A stretch of 64,000 bases of DNA from a virus (Duplodnaviria > Caudoviricetes). Below the pieces are notes generated by a model. That model was given only the letters and a program-made list of their open reading frames with translations. It searched no databases and was not told the origin of the DNA. The stretch is taken from IMG/VR virus record IMGVR_UViG_3300037507_003370, positions 128,001-192,000 of that record; one strand, written 5' to 3'. Of the stretch, positions 46,325 through 54,490 are shown piece after piece; the stretch's first letter is position 1; each line of letters opens with the position of its first letter. Both the position numbers and the translations under genes were made by a program.

Positions 46325-48985
46325 TTACTTGATCAAACTACTTAACTGAATCTTAAACAATTCAACCTTGTCGCTATCCATACTCTCAACCCATATAGTA
46401 TTATTTCTCTTACCATAATAATTATCAGCAAATTGAGAGATAGGATTATTCTTGCTGTCCAAATCTCTAAGACTGCCGTTATTCTGGTTGCTTCCCATAA
46501 TATACTTCAACATCGGGTTCTTGTCAACCTCGACTTTAAGAATTTTCTTCAAGTCTGCCGCTTTGGTCAACTTATACTTGATTGCTTTAGCATCAGACTT
46601 AAACAATTTAGTATATCCCTCAATATCATCAGAATGGTCAAACATCTGATGTTGAATATTTATAAGAGTGTTATATTGTACATTTTTCTTCTTGAGTTCC
46701 TTACTATCAAGATGATCAATACCTCGATCCTTGAGCAAAGAGTTGATATGGTCAAAATATTCAGTCTGAGAGAATCGTTTCAGATCAAAAGTTGCTCTGT
46801 GCATAGTATCAGCAAAGAATTCCATTACAAGAAAACTATCAATAATATTGGATAGTTCAGTATTCTTGATATATTTCTTATATTCAAGACCAAAAATACT
46901 CAACATATGACAAGAGAACTGACTAACCAATGTTCCATGATTATAATAATAATTATCGTTATCACCATCCTTACTGATAAATTCCTTTTTGTAGAATTCA
47001 ACAATAGAGTTGTACTCATTGGTATTGTTAAAATAATTCTTAATCTTTGTTGAGAGAATCTTCTTGAACCAAGTGTTAAAGTCAACAAGATTGTGTCCTT
47101 CACTGGTCATTTTTGCTACAAAATTGTTCTTGATAGCATAAACCTTCACATCTCCAAACAGTCCCTTGATATTCTCATTACCAAATAGCGATACAATATT
47201 ATTAATCTTAGGAAACTCTGGTGTGCTTTGATAACGAAGAATAGGAACATAAATGATAGAATCACTATCGCTCAATTCATCTAGTTCGTCACTTGTAAGA
47301 GTTTTCAAACTTAGGGCATCGTTATATTCGACACTAAGTTTACCAGAATCCTTAGACTGACCATGAATAAAGAATATGTCTTGATCGCTCACACTACCAT
47401 TACTATTTCTGACTCCACTTTTACGAGGGCCAGAACTTTGAGTAAGATGCTTATAGTCAGAAACCTTGAGCAGATTCTCACTACCGACATCATTAATCAG
47501 ATCATCAAAACCCTTATCGCTTTGAGTATGATCCTTTGTATCCATAATCATGTAAGCAAAGCAATCATTTTGACTACAATAACGTGTCACAATCTTCTTT
47601 GCAGTTTCTTCTGACTTAACATCACAAACGAAGAAAGCAATTTTCCCATTCTTCTTCTGACTATTCCAGTAAGAATATCCCTTACCCGTCAGAGTATCGT
47701 GATGGATTTTGTCTGTTAGAGAAATAAGGCGTCGTGAACGATACCCGCTGCTCTTGTAATTAAAAACGTACAGGTTCTTGCCAGTCTTGATTTTATATTC
47801 AAGGTCAGCACCACTATTAATATTGTGGCTCTTACCATTAGGGTCAGTCCAAGATGCACCAACACCCCATCCACCAGACAATTCATTCATCTGATAATAT
47901 GTTGTGATAGCCTCAATCTTAGTCTTAGCAGCAGAAATTTTCTTGCTAAATTCATCCTTCATCTCAAGATAAATCTCTTGAGTCTTTTGACGCAGAGTTT
48001 TAATAACGCCCTTAGTATACTGCAAACCTTCACGGGAAACATCCATTTCCAGTTCGCCAATACCAAAATCAAGTTCCAGATAAAGACCAGAGTTAATGAT
48101 CTCAGTAACAAAACTCTTCCACGAATCAATATCGGCCTTCTGGAAAGCCCTATTCCACTTGGCAATATGATCTGGTTGATCCTCCTTCTCCTGACCAATA
48201 ATCTGAGCAGTCTGAACAGGATATGCAATATTACCCATGATAGCAACAACGCCACTATCAATACGGTGATAGTTGTTGGGATAATACTGGGTGTCGTTAT
48301 TAAGTCTGCAAACTCTCCAACCATTACCACTAATAACAATATTAGTATTGCTATACTTATGATCTTGCAGATTATCTCCAAGTCCACCTTCAATAATGGG
48401 TTTCATTCGGAAATAATGGAAAATCCTGATAGCCTTATTGGTAAACTCACTAAAATCATGATTCTTAACAGCAAAACTGATTTCAAGACCATTAGCCTCG
48501 TCAGTTTCGCAAGTATTAAAAAGATTCAGAGTAGGAACACCACTATCATCAATAGCGGCAATATAGGTATACTTAGTTCCATTGTAATAAGAACTAGTAG
48601 TAAAACTCTTGGTATAAGCAAAAGGACTCTTGCTACCAAGACCAAGACAACCTACAAAATCGTTACTATCATTCTTGTTAGAAGCACCATAGGTCGTATA
48701 AAGGTTCTCCATATCACCCTGACTAAGACCAGTGCCATAATCACGCACGGTAAAAGAAGGATTAGCAGATGTTGGCAAGATCACCTTGAAGGGATTCTTA
48801 TTGCCAGCACTAATATGACTATCATAAGCATTAGTAGATAGTTCACGAATGACTGCTTGAACCTTATCGGAATAAAGAGAGTCCGAAAGGATTTTAAACA
48901 TTTTGCTAGTCTGAGCGATTGTAAAACCAGACTCGCTACGAACACCAGCACTATGAGTCTCAATAACGCGATCTGCCAACTTCAT
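46325..48985 (-). CDS. rIIA: rIIA-like protein (N-terminal GHKL ATPase)
   Basis: FKILSDSLYSDK, IRELSTNAYD, RDYGTGL, GCLGLGSKSPFAY; directly upstream of rIIB. Confidence 0.9.
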   Translation of the reverse strand: MKLADRVIETHSAGVRSESGFTIAQTSKMFKILSDSLYSDKVQAVIRELSTNAYDSHISAGNKNPFKVILPTSANPSFTVRDYGTGLSQGDMENLYTTYGASNKNDSNDFVGCLGLGSKSPFAYTKSFTTSSYYNGTKYTYIAAIDDSGVPTLNLFNTCETDEANGLEISFAVKNHDFSEFTNKAIRIFHYFRMKPIIEGGLGDNLQDHKYSNTNIVISGNGWRVCRLNNDTQYYPNNYHRIDSGVVAIMGNIAYPVQTAQIIGQEKEDQPDHIAKWNRAFQKADIDSWKSFVTEIINSGLYLELDFGIGELEMDVSREGLQYTKGVIKTLRQKTQEIYLEMKDEFSKKISAAKTKIEAITTYYQMNELSGGWGVGASWTDPNGKSHNINSGADLEYKIKTGKNLYVFNYKSSGYRSRRLISLTDKIHHDTLTGKGYSYWNSQKKNGKIAFFVCDVKSEETAKKIVTRYCSQNDCFAYMIMDTKDHTQSDKGFDDLINDVGSENLLKVSDYKHLTQSSGPRKSGVRNSNGSVSDQDIFFIHGQSKDSGKLSVEYNDALSLKTLTSDELDELSDSDSIIYVPILRYQSTPEFPKINNIVSLFGNENIKGLFGDVKVYAIKNNFVAKMTSEGHNLVDFNTWFKKILSTKIKNYFNNTNEYNSIVEFYKKEFISKDGDNDNYYYNHGTLVSQFSCHMLSIFGLEYKKYIKNTELSNIIDSFLVMEFFADTMHRATFDLKRFSQTEYFDHINSLLKDRGIDHLDSKELKKKNVQYNTLINIQHQMFDHSDDIEGYTKLFKSDAKAIKYKLTKAADLKKILKVEVDKNPMLKYIMGSNQNNGSLRDLDSKNNPISQFADNYYGKRNNTIWVESMDSDKVELFKIQLSSLIK

Positions 48986-49030
48986 CTTTATGTCTCCAAA
49001 TGTCCTGTGAATCGTTCCTGTGATAGTCCA

Positions 49031-49058
49031 ATCATACCACAGTGTTATCGGTTGTCAA
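49031..49058 (-). promoter_or_regulatory. sigma70-type early promoter for rIIA-rIIB
   Basis: TTGACA-ACCGATA..TGTGG(16 nt)-TATGAT. Confidence 0.75.
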
Positions 49059-49300
49059 GCCCCTCTATCTTTAGATTGTATCGCCATCCATCCTAAATAT
49101 GCCGTAAGCAAACCAAAAAATCTGAGTAAATTAACTGGTAAAAAACACCAATATATTCCTATTAAAATACTCAAAAGTCCCATTATGTATATCACGAATT
49201 TTGGAATGAATCTTGATTTACTTAATAGCCAAGTTGCTGGTCCAAGTAGCACCACAAATAAAAACATTAGTGATACCAATAGTGCCAAACTAGCCATCAA
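49055..49300 (-). CDS. Small multi-pass membrane protein
   Basis: Almost entirely hydrophobic, three predicted TMs. Confidence 0.6.
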   Translation of the reverse strand: MMASLALLVSLMFLFVVLLGPATWLLSKSRFIPKFVIYIMGLLSILIGIYWCFLPVNLLRFFGLLTAYLGWMAIQSKDRGA

Positions 49301-49647
49301 CTTTCATCCTCATAAGTATTCCATTCGCTTTCTTCCTCATCGTCTTCGTCATCATTGTTGTATGAGAAATTTCTTTCATCATAAGGAGTCCAATCTTCTT
49401 CGTCATCTAAATCGTCCCCGTTCATTGATTCAGCATCCTCAATAAAGACCGTAATAGTGTTGAGTATATCGAATAATTTAATAAGAGTATCATCCATAGA
49501 TCTAATCTTAGATTCTATATTTTTGACACTTTTTTTAAGATCAGATATTTCTTTAACTACTTCTTTAGATATATTATTATCTATATTGTGTAGTTCTTTA
49601 TTTTGCTTATTAATTTCTCTGATTATATCGTTAAATTCTTTAGACAT
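49297..49647 (-). CDS. Coiled-coil protein with acidic tail
   Basis: Heptad pattern; SD AGGAG; RGTGTAT motif upstream. Confidence 0.65.
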   Translation of the reverse strand: MSKEFNDIIREINKQNKELHNIDNNISKEVVKEISDLKKSVKNIESKIRSMDDTLIKLFDILNTITVFIEDAESMNGDDLDDEEDWTPYDERNFSYNNDDEDDEEESEWNTYEDES

Positions 49648-49670
49648 AAATTATACTCCTTATACTAAAG

Positions 49671-49678
49671 AATACACC
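49671..49678 (-). promoter_or_regulatory. RGTGTAT-type motif
   Basis: GGTGTATTCTTTAGTATAAGGAG upstream of ATG 49647. Confidence 0.5.
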
Positions 49679-49680
49679 AT

Positions 49681-50211
49681 CTAATCACACCAATAACCAT
49701 TACTACAACGACACTGATACCTATTACAATAGTCGCATTTTGGCCCAGGTTTTCCAAATCCCCAAGCATTTGCGATACTACTAAAACTCTCAGCCCCAGT
49801 ATCAATACAAACTAGTTTAGCCTTATTGTTTCGCTTAACATATCCCACGTTCCAATAATGACAATCCCAAAATCTTAGGCGAGTTTTATTTTCGATAGTT
49901 TCCACAAGATTTTGAATATCTCGTAGTCTTTTTTTCATCACCTTTTCATCAAGTATTTTTGCTCGCTCTGTAACATATCCCCAATCAGTATCGTCTCCCC
50001 ATTGATATTTTAGTTTGGTAATTTTACCAACAACTTTTGGAGCAAGATCAAATTTACTCAATAATTTTTGTTTGTTATAGGCTATAGTGGCACTCTTTTT
50101 ACTACCAAATTGTTTGAATCCAAGAGTTTTATCCTCTTTTATCCAATAAAATTCAGCACAACCACCTTCCTCAAAACAACCAAAACCATCATCGTGAATT
50201 GTATACTTCAT
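49681..50211 (-). CDS. Minimal protein-kinase-like (PKL fold) protein
   Basis: GGCAEFY, GFKQF (Lys), WDCHYWNVG (catalytic loop), CIDTG (DFG-like); Cys-rich tail. Confidence 0.65.
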   Translation of the reverse strand: MKYTIHDDGFGCFEEGGCAEFYWIKEDKTLGFKQFGSKKSATIAYNKQKLLSKFDLAPKVVGKITKLKYQWGDDTDWGYVTERAKILDEKVMKKRLRDIQNLVETIENKTRLRFWDCHYWNVGYVKRNNKAKLVCIDTGAESFSSIANAWGFGKPGPKCDYCNRYQCRCSNGYWCD

Positions 50212-50527
50212 CTTCTCTGATAATATTCCCTGTTAGTTGTTCAACAATATCAATTGCAGTTTTTAGTTCACTTGTTTCCAGAATTTTAATAGGAGTTCGT
50301 GCAAAATCAAACTTGAATGTTCCAGTAACCATATAGTACGGATCGTCCGTTCCAATACCATCAACATTAAAGTATTCTTCTAAAGAATTTACTTCTTCTG
50401 GGATGAATCCGCCATTATAGTCACTAATATTTCTAATAGTAAGAATATGATAATGAAGAATATGAGATCGTGGATTACCTTCATTAGAACACCATCCCTT
50501 AAAATACCTATTTGGATAACTTACCAC
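50189..50527 (-). CDS. Hypothetical protein (112 aa)
   Basis: Coupled ORF. Confidence 0.5.
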   Translation of the reverse strand: MVSYPNRYFKGWCSNEGNPRSHILHYHILTIRNISDYNGGFIPEEVNSLEEYFNVDGIGTDDPYYMVTGTFKFDFARTPIKILETSELKTAIDIVEQLTGNIIREDEVYNSR

Positions 50528-50924
50528 TTTTCCAATCCCCTTTTAGAAATTCTTCTCTGTTTGAATAGAGAGGTATTAGTCTATCATCCTTGTCATCAAA
50601 CCTATTATAGTGCAAAGTTAGGTTGTATAGATCATGTCGGTCATTTATTAAACCATAAGCAACTGGCTTGCTAAAAATAAGATTGATTTTTTCTTTAAGA
50701 GCAACCAATTCTTTTTCACAACTTAGCCAACGATTGTTATCATCAGCGCTATTTTTATTAGCATTGAAAGCATCTTGTGCTAAATCTCTTTTGGCTTCTC
50801 GTAACTTTTCTAATTCATTCCTGGCATTTAATACTGTGAATCTTGTCAAATTCCAACGTCCAGTATTTATTGCTGTTTCACAGCACTGAATTAAATAGTC
50901 TAGTGGATTAGAATTTTCATTCAT
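50508..50924 (-). CDS. Hypothetical protein (138 aa)
   Basis: Coupled ORF, central coiled coil. Confidence 0.55.
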   Translation of the reverse strand: MNENSNPLDYLIQCCETAINTGRWNLTRFTVLNARNELEKLREAKRDLAQDAFNANKNSADDNNRWLSCEKELVALKEKINLIFSKPVAYGLINDRHDLYNLTLHYNRFDDKDDRLIPLYSNREEFLKGDWKSGKLSK

Positions 50925-51138
50925 TGTGGAATCCTATCTTAAACTTTTCTGGCATAACAACTTCAATAGCATTAGGAGCAAAGTGTTCGGTACAATAACT
51001 ACGTCCGTTCCACCAACCACACTTGTAACTAACAGAATTGTCTCCAAAAATATTTATTTCTTCAATTGTTCCATAAACATCATCGGTCAACTTAACCCTA
51101 CTGCCAATCTTATATAGTTCTAAAACATTTTTGCTCAT
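50917..51138 (-). CDS. Small beta-barrel-like hypothetical protein
   Basis: YKIGSRVKL...YKCGWW, SD AAGGA. Confidence 0.6.
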   Translation of the reverse strand: MSKNVLELYKIGSRVKLTDDVYGTIEEINIFGDNSVSYKCGWWNGRSYCTEHFAPNAIEVVMPEKFKIGFHNE

Positions 51139-51171
51139 TGGTTTTCCTTTCGATAATTATCATTCTACAAA

Positions 51172-51441
51172 TAGGAGCGGTGGGAGTCGAACCCACACTT
51201 GAAGGATTTTCTTACCACTATAACTTTTGTTACCATTTCTGTTTGTGGTCTGGACTTTATCTTAACCATAACTTTCGTTTTAGGTTCCTGCCGTCAAGTC
51301 TCTACACCTTCATATTTCTATGCTTGGCTCGGTATTAGCAGTTAAGCCTTCACCGAATTTGACAGGTTCTACATTAAAAGTTTCCCTTTATGCACTCAAA
51401 TTAGTTCAAGTCCTTTGTCTCTGCCTTTGGACTACACTCCC
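51172..51441 (-). tRNA. trnL: tRNA-Leu(UAA), intron-containing; exons 51408-51441 and 51172-51210; no CCA encoded
   Basis: Spliced product GGGAGTG...AAGGA-CT-TAA-AA-TCCTT...GTGGG-TTCGACT-CCCAC-CGCTCCT-A folds as a cloverleaf with a short variable loop. Confidence 0.92.
51211..51407 (-). mobile_element. Group I intron (IC3-like, 197 nt, no ORF) in the tRNA-Leu anticodon
   Basis: P1 ACTT/GAGT with U.G at the splice site; P AAATTCGGTGAA, Q AATACCGAGC, R GTAGAGACT, S AAGATAAAGTCC; terminal G. Confidence 0.92.
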
Positions 51442-51447
51442 ATAATA

Positions 51448-51525
51448 GTGACCGACTACAACAATCAATGATTTGAGGTTGAATACTTTGTGTGCCTCAA
51501 CCATTTAAGTATTGTAGCCGATCAC
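51448..51525 (-). ncRNA. 78-nt structured RNA/hairpin upstream of tRNA-Leu
   Basis: 14-bp stem GTGATCGGCTACAA/TTGTAGTCGGTCAC (2 G.U) enclosing a second stem ATGGTTGAGG/CCTCAAATCAT. Confidence 0.55.
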
Positions 51526-51539
51526 CCTTTTGGTTTTAA

Positions 51540-51821
51540 TCAACCGTTCGCATGAGCCTTGAGGCGACGAACAACCTCTGCCATAGCCTCTACGTTGTCA
51601 ACCGTCTTGGTTGGCTTCGCACGTTCCATAGCGGGCAGTTCAATACCCTTCTTGGTCAGAGCGGACTTTGTACGGGCATAACGAGCCATCGTACTAGCAA
51701 CCTTCTGACCAGTCTTAGTGGCAATTTCAGCATACGTCTTGCTGGAAAAAACTGCCTCAAGAAACTGTTCATCAGAACAACGAACGCGAGTCTGCTTATC
51801 AACCGTAGTAACTTCAGCCAT
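51540..51821 (-). CDS. Small basic HTH-like protein (93 aa)
   Basis: Start MAEV with SD GGAGG; KTYAEIATKTGQ...MARYAR helix pattern. Confidence 0.65.
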   Translation of the reverse strand: MAEVTTVDKQTRVRCSDEQFLEAVFSSKTYAEIATKTGQKVASTMARYARTKSALTKKGIELPAMERAKPTKTVDNVEAMAEVVRRLKAHANG

Positions 51822-51896
51822 AATCAACCTCCAAATCATTTCCAAGTCTTGTCTTGCGAGTCAGTCGCATGACTGATACTCTCGCTTGACTCCTTC

Positions 51897-51924
51897 ATTC
51901 TAACATCTCTTATCGGCTTGTCAA
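51897..51924 (-). promoter_or_regulatory. sigma70-type promoter
   Basis: TTGACA-AGCCGATA..TGT(16 nt)-TAGAAT. Confidence 0.75.
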
Positions 51925-52473
51925 CTGGGCGACCTTGAATTTTTTCTCTCTGTCGCCAAATAGTTTCTGAATCTCTTTAAAACTGTACGGAGTGCCAAAT
52001 CCAACCCCATCCCTTTTATTATCGACCCCCACATCAAGCGTAAAGCGTCCTAATGATTCATCCTCATTGTGAAGTCTGCCATGAACATGACCATACAGCA
52101 TCCAACTTTTACGATAACTTTTGTTCCATGCTCTCATAGGATAGTGAAATAGAATAATCTTTTGATTACAATGAATTATTTCTTTCATTAGTCCTATGGA
52201 AGAAAAATCTTTTTCACTAAATTTATCTTCGTTGTCGTGGTTGCCAAGAATCAAATGAATATCTTCACAAATTATTTGTTTTCGGTATTTCTTAGGATCA
52301 CCACCTCTATGACAAAAATCTCCAAGAAAGTATAATGTATCACTTGGCTTAACAACACTATTGATATTATCAATAATGGTCTTATTCATTTCGTGAGTAT
52401 CAGTGAATGGTCTTTTGCAATACCCCACAATATTCTTGTGTCCAAAGTGGGTATCAGAAATAAAATAAATCAT
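51910..52473 (-). CDS. Calcineurin-like metallophosphoesterase
   Basis: SDTHFGH, LGDF, GNHD, HYP, GHVH. Confidence 0.9.
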   Translation of the reverse strand: MIYFISDTHFGHKNIVGYCKRPFTDTHEMNKTIIDNINSVVKPSDTLYFLGDFCHRGGDPKKYRKQIICEDIHLILGNHDNEDKFSEKDFSSIGLMKEIIHCNQKIILFHYPMRAWNKSYRKSWMLYGHVHGRLHNEDESLGRFTLDVGVDNKRDGVGFGTPYSFKEIQKLFGDREKKFKVAQLTSR

Positions 52474-52652
52474 TATTCGTCAATAGGTAGAACTATTCCA
52501 AGTAGAAGATAAATCCAGAACAATAAACTTCCAGTAAATATAGTTCCTAAAATAAAAACAATTCTTATTAATGGAGAATCTATACCAAGAGTTTTTGCTA
52601 TTCCGCCACAGACTCCAAAAAGAACCCTATCATTTTTGCTTTTTTTAAACAT
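52473..52652 (-). CDS. pspC: PspC-domain membrane protein (59 aa; not in ORF track)
   Basis: Manual translation MFKKSKNDRVLFGVCGGIAKTLGIDSPLIRIVFILGTIFTGSLLFWIYLLLGIVLPIDE*. Confidence 0.9.
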   Translation of the reverse strand: MFKKSKNDRVLFGVCGGIAKTLGIDSPLIRIVFILGTIFTGSLLFWIYLLLGIVLPIDE

Positions 52653-52677
52653 AGTTAAGCCTTTTTGTATTTAGGTT

Positions 52678-52872
52678 TTATATTTTTTCAATACCTTCTA
52701 ATAATTCTATATCATATTTCGTATTCTCTGGATACATATTAGAAAGAAGATCTTTTAAATTTTGATTCTCTAACTCAAGAATAGAAATAATTTTTTTAGA
52801 CTGTTCTAGTGCTTGGTGAAGATGGTATACTTTATTTGCCAACTCATCAGCGATATATGGCGATACTTTCAT
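52678..52872 (-). CDS. Small coiled-coil protein
   Basis: SD GGAGA; heptads. Confidence 0.55.
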   Translation of the reverse strand: MKVSPYIADELANKVYHLHQALEQSKKIISILELENQNLKDLLSNMYPENTKYDIELLEGIEKI

Positions 52873-52912
52873 GATATTTCTCCATATAGTAACTATTTTA
52901 GAGACTATATAT

Positions 52913-52920
52913 CATACACT
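52913..52920 (-). promoter_or_regulatory. RGTGTAT-type motif
   Basis: AGTGTATGATATATAG about 40 nt upstream of ATG 52872. Confidence 0.35.
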
Positions 52921-53188
52921 AAAGTATATCTTGTATAAAATCTTTTAGATCACGAAGATTAGACTTGTCTAAGACCATCTGATCTTCATAAGTCTTATTA
53001 TTCCACAATAAATCCCATATAATTTTTAATTTTTTTGTCAATGACAATTTATTTATATGGCTATTATAGTAACTATATATAGATAACTCAGCTAATTGCT
53101 CTTTTTCGTAGTAATTAAGTGTTAAAACTTCACTAGTGCAATTACACAGCAAGAATATAATCTTATTAGTATCAAATTTTGTTATCAT
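52919..53188 (-). CDS. Hypothetical protein (89 aa)
   Basis: Coupled ORF. Confidence 0.55.
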   Translation of the reverse strand: MITKFDTNKIIFLLCNCTSEVLTLNYYEKEQLAELSIYSYYNSHINKLSLTKKLKIIWDLLWNNKTYEDQMVLDKSNLRDLKDFIQDIL

Positions 53189-53733
53189 GAAGATCTTTGT
53201 ATTACTAGAACAATATCATCCCATCGACCCTTAATTGATCTTAAATCATATAATGTAGTATCACTTGGTATGGATTTATCTATATGATTTTTTATATCTT
53301 CTACCCAAGAAATATCTTGTATATCTTCCAATATGAGATATCCATTGTCTTTTACTTTGCTGAGATATTTAGAAACAAAAACTCTCATACTCTCTAAAGT
53401 ATGAGGACCGTCATCTATAATTACATCGTAAAATTTATCTTCTATAGAATAGATGAATTTTTCAGAGTAGGCGTCGTCACAAAAGGTTTTTATCCTATCA
53501 TTTAGAGAATGTGAAGATAGATCTATATTAGATATGTCTACTCCATGAACAGATGCCGTAGAAAAGTATTCCTGCCATAGCAAAATACTTCCTCCGTAAT
53601 ATATACCAATTTCTAATATTGCTGTGGCTGAATCCTTTAGTTTAAGAAATAAATCTTCATAAACGTAATCTATATAACAATGGTCTGTATTTTTATCAGT
53701 ATTATGTTTTTTTACTATTTCTCTTAGAGTCAT
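53185..53733 (-). CDS. Class I SAM-dependent methyltransferase (sugar O-methyltransferase-like)
   Basis: TDKNTDHCY, ILEIGIYYGGS, GVDI, IIDDGPH, LILEDI. Confidence 0.85.
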   Translation of the reverse strand: MTLREIVKKHNTDKNTDHCYIDYVYEDLFLKLKDSATAILEIGIYYGGSILLWQEYFSTASVHGVDISNIDLSSHSLNDRIKTFCDDAYSEKFIYSIEDKFYDVIIDDGPHTLESMRVFVSKYLSKVKDNGYLILEDIQDISWVEDIKNHIDKSIPSDTTLYDLRSIKGRWDDIVLVIQRSS

Positions 53734-53827
53734 TTTTTTTCCTAAATATTTTTTGCCAGTTTTGATCCCATACTTTATAAGTTACACTTTTTGGCCTTGG
53801 TTTACTTCCTTTTCCATTTTGGCTCAT
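53702..53827 (-). CDS. Micro-protein (41 aa; not in ORF track)
   Basis: MSQNGKGSKPRPKSVTYKVWDQNWQKIF...; ATGA overlap with the upstream stop. Confidence 0.65.
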   Translation of the reverse strand: MSQNGKGSKPRPKSVTYKVWDQNWQKIFRKKNDSKRNSKKT

Positions 53828-54447
53828 ATTAATTTACCAGACTTTTTTAAATTATCAATAGCCCACAATGGCTGTAAGTTACTATAATGAAAACATAACT
53901 TTTGTTGTTCTATATCGGTTAAGTCAAAAGAGCAACAAGGTTTTATATGATCTATATGCCATTGTCCATAATTATCCCAAGTCATACCATCTGCAAATAA
54001 CCTCTCTAAATATAGTTTCAAATGTTCCCAAGAGCAACCTGTTAAGTTATAAGAGGTACTATTTTTTGAACCTCTAGACAAAGCCATTCTAATACGATTA
54101 CTAATAATAGTTCTTAGTCTAAAATTAACATTGTTTTTTCTTTTTTGTTGCCTGTATTTATTAATTTTATCTCGATATTTTTCTCTATATTTTTTAGCAT
54201 TTATAGCAACTTTATCTGGATTCTCTTGTCCCCATTTTTTTCTACTTGCATTTAAATTTTCTTTATGTTTAGATCTGTATTCTTGTTGTTGTTTTTTTAT
54301 TTTCTTTTTATTCTTTTGTCTTCTTATAGAATTGTATTCTTTATGACAAGTTTTACAATATGGTGATTTACCATCTTTTGATGCCGTTTGATTATGAAAA
54401 TTTATTAATTCTTGTTTTTTATTACATTTTACACATTGTTTTTTCAT
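53824..54447 (-). CDS. HNH-family homing endonuclease-like protein
   Basis: Start MKKQCVKC; Zn-finger N-terminus, basic helix, GMTWDNYGQWHIDHIKP...YSNLQPLWA.DN..K. Confidence 0.85.
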   Translation of the reverse strand: MKKQCVKCNKKQELINFHNQTASKDGKSPYCKTCHKEYNSIRRQKNKKKIKKQQQEYRSKHKENLNASRKKWGQENPDKVAINAKKYREKYRDKINKYRQQKRKNNVNFRLRTIISNRIRMALSRGSKNSTSYNLTGCSWEHLKLYLERLFADGMTWDNYGQWHIDHIKPCCSFDLTDIEQQKLCFHYSNLQPLWAIDNLKKSGKLI

Positions 54448-54472
54448 GGTATATATCTCTCTTCGCTTATTG

Positions 54473-54480
54473 TATACACC
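54473..54480 (-). promoter_or_regulatory. RGTGTAT-type motif
   Basis: GGTGTATA about 25 nt upstream of ATG 54447. Confidence 0.45.
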
Positions 54481-54490
54481 AAAACTAGAA

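Noticed and set aside
45590-49445. Long plus-strand and alternate-frame ORFs over rIIA/rIIB (e.g. 47825-48841, 338 aa; 45824-46312; 46433-46855)
   Set aside because: Antisense shadows of biased-codon genes; no motifs or SD, and fully overlapped by well-supported CDSs.
51138-51338. Plus-strand ORF over the intron, considered as a homing endonuclease
   Set aside because: Wrong strand, 66 aa, no LAGLIDADG/HNH/GIY-YIG motif; the intron is only 197 nt.
51448-51525. Retron msr-msd interpretation of the long inverted repeat
   Set aside because: No reverse transcriptase in the window and the element is short.
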